From the NCBI GenBank assembly GCA_041640575.1, contig JBEPZZ010000009.1, positions 1-35,972 on the forward strand: a stretch of DNA of 35,972 bases, given 5' to 3'. A program made the translations under genes and the position numbers. The notes beneath the pieces are model-generated. The model searched no databases. It was not told the DNA's origin and worked only from the letters and a program-made list of their open reading frames with translations. Every line of letters starts with the position of its first letter. Positions within the stretch are counted from its first letter, which is position 1. This DNA is from Pseudothermotoga sp. GTDB lineage: Bacteria; Thermotogota; Thermotogae; Thermotogales; DSM-5069. Of the stretch, positions 27,577 to 35,972 are shown piece by piece.

Positions 27577-28344
27577 TTGTTTGAGAGGGTTCCAAGAGAT
27601 ACAGTTTTGCAGGGAGAAATTTGCAAACCTGTATTCATAAAGAAAGGTCCAGTTGGCGCTTTGCTTGTTCATGGTTACACTGGGAGTCCTCATGATATGA
27701 AATATCTTGGAGAAAGATTAAATAAACATGGCTTTACAATATCGATCCCAAGACTTCCTGGGCATGGAACCAATTACTTGGATTTTTTGACTACTACTCA
27801 CAGAGATTGGTTGAGAAAAGCTATTGATGCTTACATAGAATTGCGATCAGAATGTGAAAAAGTTCATGTGATTGGTTTATCAATGGGCGGCTTGATCGCT
27901 GCAATTCTTGCAGCAAGGTTCGAAGTAGAAAAACTAGTCCTTGCTGCACCAGCCTTGCTCATTAACGACAGACGAATCTACTTGACACCTGTTTTGGCTC
28001 TTTTCAAAGATTACATACCAAAAGAGGAAAGGGTTGAGTACGAAGATCCAATTCTACAGAAACTTCAGGAAGAATATTGGAGTAAGCAGTTTACAAAAAC
28101 TGCTCCAAGTTTGCTGAAACTCAAAAAGATTGCGACAAAAGAACTTCAAAAGATTAGATCCAAGACTCTGTTAGTATTAGCTCGTAACGACAATATCGTA
28201 CCAATAGAAGTGAAAGAGCTTGTTGAAAAGAACGTAAAAGGTCCTGTTCAAACTGTGATACTTGACAAAAGTAATCATGTTGTTGTGAACGATGTCGAAA
28301 GAGAATATGTTGCAGAAATAATAACAAAGTTTTTGGAGGAGTAG
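27577..28344 (+). CDS. Carboxylesterase/monoacylglycerol lipase-like alpha/beta hydrolase
   Basis: LLVHGYTGSP, PRLPGHGT, GLSMGG, Asp in NDNIVP, His in SNHVV. Start probably TTG 27577 (SD GGGAGGTG); TATAAT at 27550-27555. Confidence 0.9.
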   Translation: MFERVPRDTVLQGEICKPVFIKKGPVGALLVHGYTGSPHDMKYLGERLNKHGFTISIPRLPGHGTNYLDFLTTTHRDWLRKAIDAYIELRSECEKVHVIGLSMGGLIAAILAARFEVEKLVLAAPALLINDRRIYLTPVLALFKDYIPKEERVEYEDPILQKLQEEYWSKQFTKTAPSLLKLKKIATKELQKIRSKTLLVLARNDNIVPIEVKELVEKNVKGPVQTVILDKSNHVVVNDVEREYVAEIITKFLEE

Positions 28345-28347
28345 CCT

Positions 28348-29157
28348 ATGAAAAAGTATGTTGTTGTCGGAATTCCGTTCGATGGAACAACTTCTTTTAT
28401 ACCCTCGACAAGATATGGTCCAACATTGATAAGGCATTCTCTGAAGTATTTGTTAGAATCATATGTTTTTGAATACGATATCGATCTTGCAGAACTTGAT
28501 TACCATGACAGCGGAGATACAGAAATAATAGCTGGTGATGTAGTCAAGACTCTGAAAATGGCAGAATTACACATTCAAAATGCTTTAAGTAAGGCAGAAA
28601 ACAGCGTACTAGTTGTGTTGGGTGGAGAACACACCGTTAGTTATGCACCGGTAAACCTACTGAGGCCTAAGAGTTTCGTAGTCTTCGACACTCATTTTGA
28701 TTTGTGTGATGAATATCAAGGTACAAAGTGGAGTCATGCTTGTGTAACGAGAAGAATCCACGAACTTGGTGTTGATGTAGTTTTGGTTGGCGTGAGAAGC
28801 GCTGCAACAAGGCAGGAATTTGATTATGCAAAGAGAAACAACATAGCTTGGATTCATGCAAGAGAATACAGCATTGAAAAGTTGGCATCTGCAGTTGAAA
28901 ACCTTCCTGAACCAGTTTATCTTTCAGTTGATATTGATGTCTTTGACCTTGGTTTAGCTAGCGATACTGGTACTCCTGAACCTGGTGGGCTCAATTTTTG
29001 GCAAGTTATAGAGGCCGCCGAGTGGATTGCATCACACAAGAGACTATGTGGATTCGATATCGTTGAAGTTGCAGGAACAAATCTTTCCTCAAAAAGCGGT
29101 ATAACTGGTGGTAAACTGTTAAAGTATCTCATAGCATTATGTGAAAAGAACCAGTAG
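28348..29157 (+). CDS. speB: Agmatinase (ureohydrolase), archaeal/Thermococcales-like
   Basis: GIPFDGTTS, GGEHTV, FDTHFDL, SHAC, YLSVDIDVFD, TGTPEPGG and GFDIVEV motifs. Confidence 0.88.
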   Translation: MKKYVVVGIPFDGTTSFIPSTRYGPTLIRHSLKYLLESYVFEYDIDLAELDYHDSGDTEIIAGDVVKTLKMAELHIQNALSKAENSVLVVLGGEHTVSYAPVNLLRPKSFVVFDTHFDLCDEYQGTKWSHACVTRRIHELGVDVVLVGVRSAATRQEFDYAKRNNIAWIHAREYSIEKLASAVENLPEPVYLSVDIDVFDLGLASDTGTPEPGGLNFWQVIEAAEWIASHKRLCGFDIVEVAGTNLSSKSGITGGKLLKYLIALCEKNQ

Positions 29158-29194
29158 CTTCTTGGTCAATGTATAATTTTTTCGAGGTGCAGTA

Positions 29195-30127
29195 ATGATA
29201 GACAAATACGGTCGAAAAATAAATTACCTGAGATTATCTATCACCGATCGTTGCAACCATAGGTGCTTTTATTGCATGGATGAAAATGTTGCCTTTCTGC
29301 CTAAAGAAAATCTCTTAAAACTAGACGAATTAGCTAGTTTGGTTCAAATCTTTCGCAACCTTGGGATCACTAAGGTTCGAATAACTGGTGGTGAACCGCT
29401 TCTCAGAGAAGACATCATTGATATAGTTAAAATTTTCTCGAAAGAATTCACCGTCACAATGACGACAAATGGTTCTTTGCTTTCTGAACTTGCACAGAAC
29501 CTTAAGGAATCCGGTTTATCATCAATAAATGTCAGTTTGAACAGCCTAAGGCAGGATACATTTTTCAAAATAAGCCAGGGAAATCTAAAAAAAGTAATTG
29601 CCGGAATAGATGAAGCATTGAAGATATGTATGAATGTGAAGATAAATACTGTTGTTTCTGAGTATAATTTCAATGAATTGCCAGCACTTGTCACGTTCGC
29701 TACCGAAAAAAATATTCCAATCAGATTTATAGAATTGATGCCTATTGGTAAAAGAACCATGGCCAAATATTTCGAACAGCAGATTATGGAAAAATTGGCC
29801 GAATTTAGATTGACTGCGGTTGATATCAAGTTAGGAGAAGGACCCGCCAGATACTTCGTAACGAAGGACGGTAATTACGTGGGACTAATATCGGCAATGA
29901 GTAAATCTTTTTGCACAGAATGCAATAAGATTAGGGTGTCGTGTGATGGAAAACTTTATCCATGCCTTGGTTCGTCTCAGTTTTTTGACCTGATAACTCA
30001 TTTAAGAAAGGGAGCACCAATCGATCAGCTTCAGAATATGATCATGAAGACTCTTGAAACAAAGCCATACACACATTCGTTGAAGAATCAACCAGTAAAC
30101 AACGTAATGAATCGACTGGGAGGATGA
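29195..30127 (+). CDS. moaA: GTP 3',8-cyclase (radical SAM)
   Basis: DKYGRKINYLRLSITDRCNHRCFYC, TGGEPLLR, RFIELMP, FCTECNKIR..YPCL; C-terminal GG. Confidence 0.96.
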   Translation: MIDKYGRKINYLRLSITDRCNHRCFYCMDENVAFLPKENLLKLDELASLVQIFRNLGITKVRITGGEPLLREDIIDIVKIFSKEFTVTMTTNGSLLSELAQNLKESGLSSINVSLNSLRQDTFFKISQGNLKKVIAGIDEALKICMNVKINTVVSEYNFNELPALVTFATEKNIPIRFIELMPIGKRTMAKYFEQQIMEKLAEFRLTAVDIKLGEGPARYFVTKDGNYVGLISAMSKSFCTECNKIRVSCDGKLYPCLGSSQFFDLITHLRKGAPIDQLQNMIMKTLETKPYTHSLKNQPVNNVMNRLGG

Positions 30128-30130
30128 GTT

Positions 30131-30604
30131 ATGAGAGAAGAATTATCCCACCTTGATCAAAATGGCAATGTCAGAATGGTAGATGTAACATCTAAGCAGG
30201 ACACGGAAAGAACAGCTGTAGCATTTGGCAAAGTTAAGATGATGAAGGAAACTTTAAAAGCTATCTTAGAGGAGAAAATAGCAAAGGGGAATGTTTTTAC
30301 TACCGCCAAAGTTTCTGCGATAATGGCTGCCAAGAAAACCTCTGATTTGATACCGATGTGTCACAATATCAATTTGACGCATATCGATGTAAATTTTTCA
30401 GTGAAAGAAGAAGATTGTATTGAGATAACTTCAACTGTAAAATGCATTGGCAAAACTGGTGCTGAAATGGAAGCTTTAGTTGCGGTTACAGTAGCAGCTT
30501 TAACAATCTATGATATGTGCAAGGCAATCGACAAAACCATGGAAATAACCAACGTTTATTTGCTTGAAAAAGCGGGGGGTAAATCAGGTGACTGGAAGCG
30601 GTAG
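30131..30604 (+). CDS. moaC: Cyclic pyranopterin monophosphate synthase
   Basis: LSHLD..RMVDV, AAKKTSDLIPMCH, TGAEMEAL, LTIYDMCKA and KAGGKSG motifs. Confidence 0.96.
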   Translation: MREELSHLDQNGNVRMVDVTSKQDTERTAVAFGKVKMMKETLKAILEEKIAKGNVFTTAKVSAIMAAKKTSDLIPMCHNINLTHIDVNFSVKEEDCIEITSTVKCIGKTGAEMEALVAVTVAALTIYDMCKAIDKTMEITNVYLLEKAGGKSGDWKR

Positions 30605-31040
30605 AATTACTGGGAAAGTGCTTTCAGTAAACATTTCCGTAGTTAAAGGTACTAAGAAAATACCTGTTGAGGAAATTGAAATTCTGGAGAATTTTGGTGT
30701 CAAGGGTGACGCTCACGCTGGGAATTGGCACAGACAAGTTTCAATGTTGTCTGTGAAAAGTATAGACAAGGCAAGAAATTGGGGAATTGAGGCAGATTTT
30801 GGTGACTTTGCAGAGAACATAACTGTTGATACACCTGATATCTGGAAGTTGCCTGTTGGTACAAAAGTCTATATTAACGACTGTGTAATGGAGATAACTC
30901 AGGTTGGAAAAGAATGCCATGACAAATGTGTTATTGCTAAAACGGTAGGAAAGTGTGTCATGCCACTTGAGGGAATTTTTCTGAAAGTTCTCAAAAGCGG
31001 GAGAGCAAAAAGAGGAGATACTATTATATTCCAACTATAA
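30588..31040 (+). CDS. Stand-alone MOSC domain protein
   Basis: GDAHAGNWHRQVS, GDFAENIT, ITQVGKECH and CVMPLEGIF motifs. Start GTG 30588 (SD GGGGGG). Confidence 0.9.
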   Translation: MTGSGRITGKVLSVNISVVKGTKKIPVEEIEILENFGVKGDAHAGNWHRQVSMLSVKSIDKARNWGIEADFGDFAENITVDTPDIWKLPVGTKVYINDCVMEITQVGKECHDKCVIAKTVGKCVMPLEGIFLKVLKSGRAKRGDTIIFQL

Positions 31041-31126
31041 ACTAAGAATTAAGCTTCCTAAATGATTATACTAAAAAGTCACGGTTCCTCATTTCGTTAT
31101 GGCTCGATTTCGCCTAATATGTTAAA

Positions 31127-31891
31127 CTAGTCACTTTTGAGCTCTACAAAGACGACGGTGCCAAAATTCAGTTTAGAATGAACCGCCCAAGATACCCCGA
31201 GTTTCCTAAAAATGTGCTTGACAATTGCTAACCCAAGTCCAGAACCTGTGTATGAGCGAGCGTTGGTTGCCCTATAAAACCTCGCGGTAATGTATCTCAA
31301 ATCATTTTCTGGTATTCCAACTCCCTCGTCTTTTATCGTCAAAAAGTCATTTTGTGAGCATATGACAATTTTCCCGAAAGGGTGGGAATATTTTATCGAG
31401 TTCGACAGGAGATTCCTTAAAGCCATTCTGAAAAATTCGGTGTCTGTAGTAACTGTTTTAGAAAGTTCAATGTGAAAATGTAAATTTTTTTCTTTAGACT
31501 TCTGTTCAAACTCATTCAAAAGTGGCATCAGAAGATTATTCAAATCGATCTTAACAAGCTTTGGCTGATAATCCTCTCGTTCAAATCTGGAAAGAAGGAG
31601 TAGTTGCTCGACAATTCTTTGCATCCTTAGCAGATGCCTTTCAATTTTCAAAAGATTTTCATGAATGTTCTCCCCATCTTTTGCTATTTGTATCAAGCCT
31701 AACATTGCGGTTATAGGTGTGAAAAGTTCGTGCGCGACCGCGTTCACAAAAAATGTCTTAGGATCTTCCAAGCGTTGCTTTTCCTCGCTTGTTGAACCCA
31801 TTGAAGGATAGAACCACACTGAATCTGGTTTAAGAAGTAGTAGAGGGCGGAACTTTGTTATTATTTCATCCCAGTTTATATCCGACACCAT
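31127..31891 (-). CDS. Histidine kinase (PhoR-like HisKA + HATPase) with no transmembrane or PAS sensor region
   Basis: H-box AHELFTP, N-box NLLSNSIKY, DEGVGI, RFYRA and GSGLGLAIVKHI; only about 45 aa precede the H-box helix. Confidence 0.88.
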   Translation of the reverse strand: MVSDINWDEIITKFRPLLLLKPDSVWFYPSMGSTSEEKQRLEDPKTFFVNAVAHELFTPITAMLGLIQIAKDGENIHENLLKIERHLLRMQRIVEQLLLLSRFEREDYQPKLVKIDLNNLLMPLLNEFEQKSKEKNLHFHIELSKTVTTDTEFFRMALRNLLSNSIKYSHPFGKIVICSQNDFLTIKDEGVGIPENDLRYITARFYRATNARSYTGSGLGLAIVKHIFRKLGVSWAVHSKLNFGTVVFVELKSD

Positions 31892-32519
31892 GAACTGTCA
31901 CCAATCTTTCTTTTCCTAATTTTTTTCTGAGTGTACTTATATAAACGTCCACAATCCTATCGTTTCTCTCTTCGCCTTTCCACACACTTTCCAACAACTC
32001 TGCCCTCGAAAATATCTTCTTAGGATTGCTGAACATGAGAAAAAGTATTTCAAATTCTTTGTTCGACAATTCAATTACTTCGTCGCCTATGTAAAGTAAT
32101 CTTTCATTCACCGACAATTTCATATCCTTATATGACAGTTCTTTATTGTAAAATAAATCCTTCCTGCGTAGAATAGCTCTAACTCTGGCAACAAGTTCTC
32201 TTGGATGAAATGGTTTTGTGACATAATCATCCGCTCCCATTTCTAAGCCCAAAATTTTGTTTTTGTCTTCTCTCAATGCGGTGACCACAATGATAAAGGT
32301 TCCGGGGCACATCACTCTTATATTCGGTATTTCATCGGTTGCATCACCATCTGGAAGCATCAAATCTAATATTATGACGTCTGAACACTCCTTTTCCAAG
32401 AATCCGTAAAACTCTTCGATAGAGCCTGCTACTTTAACTTCATGTGACTCTAAGCTTAGGTATTTTCTTATAACTTCTGCAACATCTGGCTCATCCTCGA
32501 CAATCAGAATTTTCGCCAT
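31866..32519 (-). CDS. OmpR/PhoB family response regulator (probable phosphate regulon regulator)
   Basis: ILIVEDE, ILDLMLPD, GADDYVTKPF and winged-helix RIVDVYISTLRKKL..VHGVGYK motifs. Start ATG 32519 (SD GGGAGGG); divergent from pstS. Confidence 0.92.
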   Translation of the reverse strand: MAKILIVEDEPDVAEVIRKYLSLESHEVKVAGSIEEFYGFLEKECSDVIILDLMLPDGDATDEIPNIRVMCPGTFIIVVTALREDKNKILGLEMGADDYVTKPFHPRELVARVRAILRRKDLFYNKELSYKDMKLSVNERLLYIGDEVIELSNKEFEILFLMFSNPKKIFSRAELLESVWKGEERNDRIVDVYISTLRKKLGKERLVTVHGVGYKLG

Positions 32520-32630
32520 AAGATCCCTCCCATTAAATGATGCCATACAGGATATTAAAAATTTTTTGCATTTTTACATATACGCTGAAAGTTTATTTGG
32601 GAAAAACAAATTAGACAGGAGGTGATTTGG

Positions 32631-33470
32631 TTGAGAAAAACACTTATTATCTTAGGATTAGTTTTACTGGTAGGTTCTATGCTAGCGCAAACTCTGGTTA
32701 TCAAGGGATCAAACACCGTATATCCTATAGCACAGCTTTGGGTTGAAGAGTTCGCAAAAAGCTATCCTAACGTTAAGGTAACACTAGAAGGTGCAGGTTC
32801 CACAACTGGCATCAAAGCTCTCATGGATGGTACTGCAGACATAGCAAATTCGAGCAGATTCCTGAAAAAGAGCGAAATCGATGACATGATGAAAGCTGGT
32901 AAGTATTTTGTCCCAATATTGGTAGCGTACGACGGCATAGCTGTAATAGTTCATCCAAGCTTGGAAATCGATTCAATAAGTTTGGATACCCTGAAAAAAA
33001 TTTACACCGGGCAGATAACAGAATGGAATCAAGTAGATCCAAAATTACCGAAAAGACCTATTGTTGTCTATTCAAGAAACACAGCATCTGGTACCTTCGA
33101 AACATGGCTCGAAAAGGTTCTTCATGGAGAAAGAATGAGTCCAAGAGTGCAGCTTCTTGAATCTTCAGAATCTGAGATTCAGAGTATTTCCAACAATCAA
33201 TATGCCATAGGCTATACCGGTGTTGGATACGTAACGAATAAAGTGAAGGCTTTGAAAGTTGAAGGTATTGCACCAACAAAACAGAATATCCTCAGTGGCC
33301 AATATCCGATAGCCAGGCCGCTGTATATTTTCATTGATCTGAGCAAGTTTAATTATAGTTGGCCAACTTCCGGCATCGTTGCAAATTACATAAACTTCAT
33401 ACTCTCGCCAGAGGGTCAAAAACTAGTTGAAAAGGCCGGATATGTAGCTGCATACGGGACGGCGAGATAA
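32631..33470 (+). CDS. pstS: Phosphate ABC transporter substrate-binding protein
   Basis: IKGSNTVYP, GAGSTTG, DIANSSR, SRNTASGT and YPIARPL motifs; SPI-type signal peptide with no lipobox Cys. Start TTG 32631 (SD AGGAGGTG). Confidence 0.94.
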   Translation: MRKTLIILGLVLLVGSMLAQTLVIKGSNTVYPIAQLWVEEFAKSYPNVKVTLEGAGSTTGIKALMDGTADIANSSRFLKKSEIDDMMKAGKYFVPILVAYDGIAVIVHPSLEIDSISLDTLKKIYTGQITEWNQVDPKLPKRPIVVYSRNTASGTFETWLEKVLHGERMSPRVQLLESSESEIQSISNNQYAIGYTGVGYVTNKVKALKVEGIAPTKQNILSGQYPIARPLYIFIDLSKFNYSWPTSGIVANYINFILSPEGQKLVEKAGYVAAYGTAR

Positions 33471-34336
33471 TGAAAGGAACTAAAGAGTTTCTCTTTGTGT
33501 TTATTACTGCTCTTGCTGCCACAATAGTGGCAGCCCTCTTATTTGGAATCATTTCAATGCTTGTATCTGATTCTACTCAAGCTATAAAAAATGTTGGAAT
33601 CAAATTGTTCAGTTTTAACTGGTATCCGGTTTGGACACCACCAGATTTTGGCATTCTAACTATGTTACTGAATTCGATAATTCTAACAGTTTGGACTTGC
33701 ATATGGGTCTGGACCGTAGGAACATTGGTTGCAACATACTTACATATGTTTGCCCAGGACAGAGAAAGGAATTTCATCCTGAGAATACTCGAATATATAA
33801 GCGGAGTGCCTTCTGTTGTTCTTGGTTTCTTCGGAATAGTATATCTTTCATCACTTCTCTTAAAAGTGGGAGCTTGGTCAGGACAAAACTTTCTGAATGC
33901 CTCAATTATGCTATTTGTGTTAACCTTACCGACAATGACGAGCTTAACTTTTGAATCTCTGGAGAAAGTTCCGAAAGAAATCAGAGAAGGCGTCCTTTCT
34001 CTTGGTGGCAAAGATATCTTTGTAATGATCATGGAAATAAGATATGCGCTGCCAGGTATTGTTGCTGCTATGTTGACAATTTTCAACAGAATCTTTGGTG
34101 AAACAATGATTGTTCTTATGGTTGCCGGCGGTGCAAATGTTCTCGTACGATCACTTTTTGATCCAGTAAGACCTTTGACGGCAGCTATTGGAAGTGAGAT
34201 GGGAGAGGTTGCTATAGGAAGTACTCATTACAGCGTCTTGTTTTTCATAGGACTGATACTGCTGATAATTGCATTGTCACTGACACTAACCACAAATTTC
34301 ATCGTACGAAAATACGAAAGAATGATAAGGGGCTGA
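33470..34336 (+). CDS. pstC: Phosphate ABC transporter permease
   Basis: GVPSVVLGFFG, REGVLSLGG and RIFGETMIVLMVAG motifs; position after pstS. Confidence 0.92.
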   Translation: MKGTKEFLFVFITALAATIVAALLFGIISMLVSDSTQAIKNVGIKLFSFNWYPVWTPPDFGILTMLLNSIILTVWTCIWVWTVGTLVATYLHMFAQDRERNFILRILEYISGVPSVVLGFFGIVYLSSLLLKVGAWSGQNFLNASIMLFVLTLPTMTSLTFESLEKVPKEIREGVLSLGGKDIFVMIMEIRYALPGIVAAMLTIFNRIFGETMIVLMVAGGANVLVRSLFDPVRPLTAAIGSEMGEVAIGSTHYSVLFFIGLILLIIALSLTLTTNFIVRKYERMIRG

Positions 34337-34340
34337 TTTT

Positions 34341-35138
34341 ATGAAATGGACATTGAGACTGATAAGCTATTTTTCAGTTGCACTAGTACTTTCTGTAATT
34401 TTATTGATAGTTTTGCCAGGATTGCGCTATTTCTTCAAACCGGGTTTTTTCACAGAGTTTCCAAGAAAAGGCATGAGCGAAGGCGGAATACTTCCATCGT
34501 TGGTGGGTTCGCTATTACTCATAGTAGTTGTCTTGTTGGTGACAATACCCGTTGGGATGCTTGCAACTATATTTGTGAGTGAATTTGCGCCAAGAAAGAT
34601 ATCTATAGTACTTCAAAGTCTTTCTGCAACCATGAATGGTATTCCATCCATAGTTTATGGTTTATTCGGTTTGAGTTTCTTTTGCGTGCGTTTAGCTTTC
34701 GGTACTTCTCTGCTTTCTGCATCTTTGACGCTTTCAACAATGGCAATACCTTTTTTCGTATCTGGTTCAGTTGAATTTTTAAGAGCAGTACCTAGAGAGT
34801 TGAGAGAAGGTGTACTTGCTCTTGGGGCTAACAAAATTCAGTTAGTTTTCATGGTTCTGAGAGCGAGTCGAAATGGACTGCTGACAGCTTTGATTCTAAC
34901 CTTGGGCAGAGCGTTCAGCGAAACGGCTCCTATTCTCGTTACTGGTGCGGTGTTCTACGCAACAAAATTACCATCAAGTCTTTTAGATCCATTCATGGCT
35001 CTGCCTACGAGTATATACGCAATCGTTATGAACCTTGGCGAGAAAGCTCAGTGGATGGCGAGAGGAATGGCAAGTTTAATGACAATAATAATAATCGGTA
35101 TTTACACAACAGTTCAGATAATCAGGAGGCACAGATAA
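34341..35138 (+). CDS. pstA: Phosphate ABC transporter permease
   Basis: GGILPSLVGS, GIPSIVYGLFGL and GRAFSETAP motifs. Confidence 0.92.
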   Translation: MKWTLRLISYFSVALVLSVILLIVLPGLRYFFKPGFFTEFPRKGMSEGGILPSLVGSLLLIVVVLLVTIPVGMLATIFVSEFAPRKISIVLQSLSATMNGIPSIVYGLFGLSFFCVRLAFGTSLLSASLTLSTMAIPFFVSGSVEFLRAVPRELREGVLALGANKIQLVFMVLRASRNGLLTALILTLGRAFSETAPILVTGAVFYATKLPSSLLDPFMALPTSIYAIVMNLGEKAQWMARGMASLMTIIIIGIYTTVQIIRRHR

Positions 35139-35893
35139 TGAAAAAGATAACTTTCGAAGTGAGAGACCTTTCTGTTTATTATGATGATCATAGAGTTTTG
35201 GACAGCGTTTCTGTCGAAATAGAGTCCAAAAAGATAACGGCAATCATGGGTCCATCAGGATGTGGAAAGACAACTTTCCTTAGATGTTTGAATCGACTGA
35301 ATGACAATGTAAATGGTTTTTCAATGAGTGGTGAGATCTTCTTCGAAGGTCAGGACATATACCAGATAAAAGATGTAAATGAATATCGTAGAAAGGTAAC
35401 AATGGTCTTTCAAAAACCAAATCCATTTCCATTGTCTGTTTTTGACAACGTAGCTTACGGTTTGAGAATAATGGGAGTCAAAGATAAATACAAGATTGAA
35501 GAGCAAGTAGAACTTGCTTTGCGAAAGGCAGCTTTATGGGACGAGGTGAAAGATAAATTGAGGAAACCTGCTGTTCAGCTTTCTGGTGGTCAACAACAAA
35601 GACTGTGCATCGCAAGAGCCATAGCGATACAACCGGAAGTTATACTTTTAGATGAACCAACATCTGCCTTGGACCCTGTTGCAACATCCAAAATTGAAAG
35701 ATTGCTTGAATCGTTAGCTGAGGATTACACTGTTATAATAGTAACACATAGTATGGCGCAAGCACTGAGGATAAGTGACCAAATCTTGTTTTTCTACCAG
35801 GGACGTTTAATAGAACATGGTGAAACATCCGATATTGTTAAATATCCAAGGCACGAGATGACGCGCCAATTTCTGACCGGGAAAATTGGTTGA
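35138..35893 (+). CDS. pstB: Phosphate ABC transporter ATP-binding protein
   Basis: GPSGCGKTT, MVFQKPNPFP, LSGGQQQRLCIARA and LLDEPTSALDP motifs. Start ATG 35138 (TAATG coupling with pstA). Confidence 0.95.
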   Translation: MKKITFEVRDLSVYYDDHRVLDSVSVEIESKKITAIMGPSGCGKTTFLRCLNRLNDNVNGFSMSGEIFFEGQDIYQIKDVNEYRRKVTMVFQKPNPFPLSVFDNVAYGLRIMGVKDKYKIEEQVELALRKAALWDEVKDKLRKPAVQLSGGQQQRLCIARAIAIQPEVILLDEPTSALDPVATSKIERLLESLAEDYTVIIVTHSMAQALRISDQILFFYQGRLIEHGETSDIVKYPRHEMTRQFLTGKIG

Positions 35894-35905
35894 GGGAGGA
35901 TTTTT

Positions 35906-35972
35906 ATGACGGAAAGAACTATTCACTATGAAAAAGAAATGAAAATTTTGAACGATAAACTTACGGAATTTC
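35906..35972 (+). CDS. phoU: 5' end of a gene, probably the phosphate signalling protein PhoU (truncated by the window edge)
   Basis: Strong SD GGGAGGA, then MTERTIHYEKEMKILNDKLTEF; typical position after pstB. Only 22 codons are visible. Confidence 0.6.
   Translation, partial: MTERTIHYEKEMKILNDKLTEF

Noticed and set aside
31041..31126. Terminator or small RNA between the convergent MOSC and kinase genes
   Set aside because: No stable hairpin with a U-tract seen on either strand.
32520..32630. Pho box between the response regulator and pstS
   Set aside because: TTTGCA (32565) and TTTACA (32573) are 8 nt apart rather than on an 11-nt period; too weak to call in AT-rich sequence.
33577..34086. 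Antisense and alternate-frame ORFs in the track (for example 33577-34086, 29344-29829, 26877-27251, 3733-4065, 17594-17872)
   Set aside because: They lie within or largely overlap well-supported genes and have no motifs; typical shadow ORFs.
1..35972. CRISPR array, tRNA/rRNA, IS element or prophage
   Set aside because: Intergenic gaps are all under about 170 nt, with no periodic repeat-spacer units, cloverleaf patterns or transposase/integrase ORFs.

Overview
Gene-dense bacterial chromosomal window. Protein content points to Thermotogota (Thermotoga/Pseudothermotoga-like): a Thermotoga-type maltosyltransferase, a split MetH and a short AhcY. This taxonomic call is inference. I see no rRNA, tRNA, CRISPR array, transposase or integrase. 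In order: (1) the end of an envelope operon (partial gene, compact secretin, and a secretin-like/beta-barrel hybrid protein); (2) M48 peptidase, YjbQ and an AEC transporter; (3) DUF362-ferredoxin, ahcY, maltosyltransferase, a degenerate SbcD/YhaO-like gene and a YhaN-like ATPase; (4) a minus-strand operon of an M50 protease homologue lacking HExxH, a degenerate fumarate hydratase beta-like protein, wecB, a Gfo/Idh/MocA dehydrogenase and a GAF-GGDEF protein; (5) a Cys-nucleophile alpha/beta hydrolase and an orphan pilin-like gene; (6) a seven-gene methionine operon that appears to use the methanogen-type aspartate-semialdehyde to homocysteine route (DUF39 fused to ferredoxin, plus UPF0280) instead of the homoserine route; (7) esterase, archaeal-type agmatinase, moaA-moaC-MOSC; (8) a PhoB-like regulator with a sensor-less kinase, divergent from pstSCAB-phoU. 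All family calls come from motifs recognised by eye; no searches were run. Several start codons were moved from the ORF track using Shine-Dalgarno evidence.
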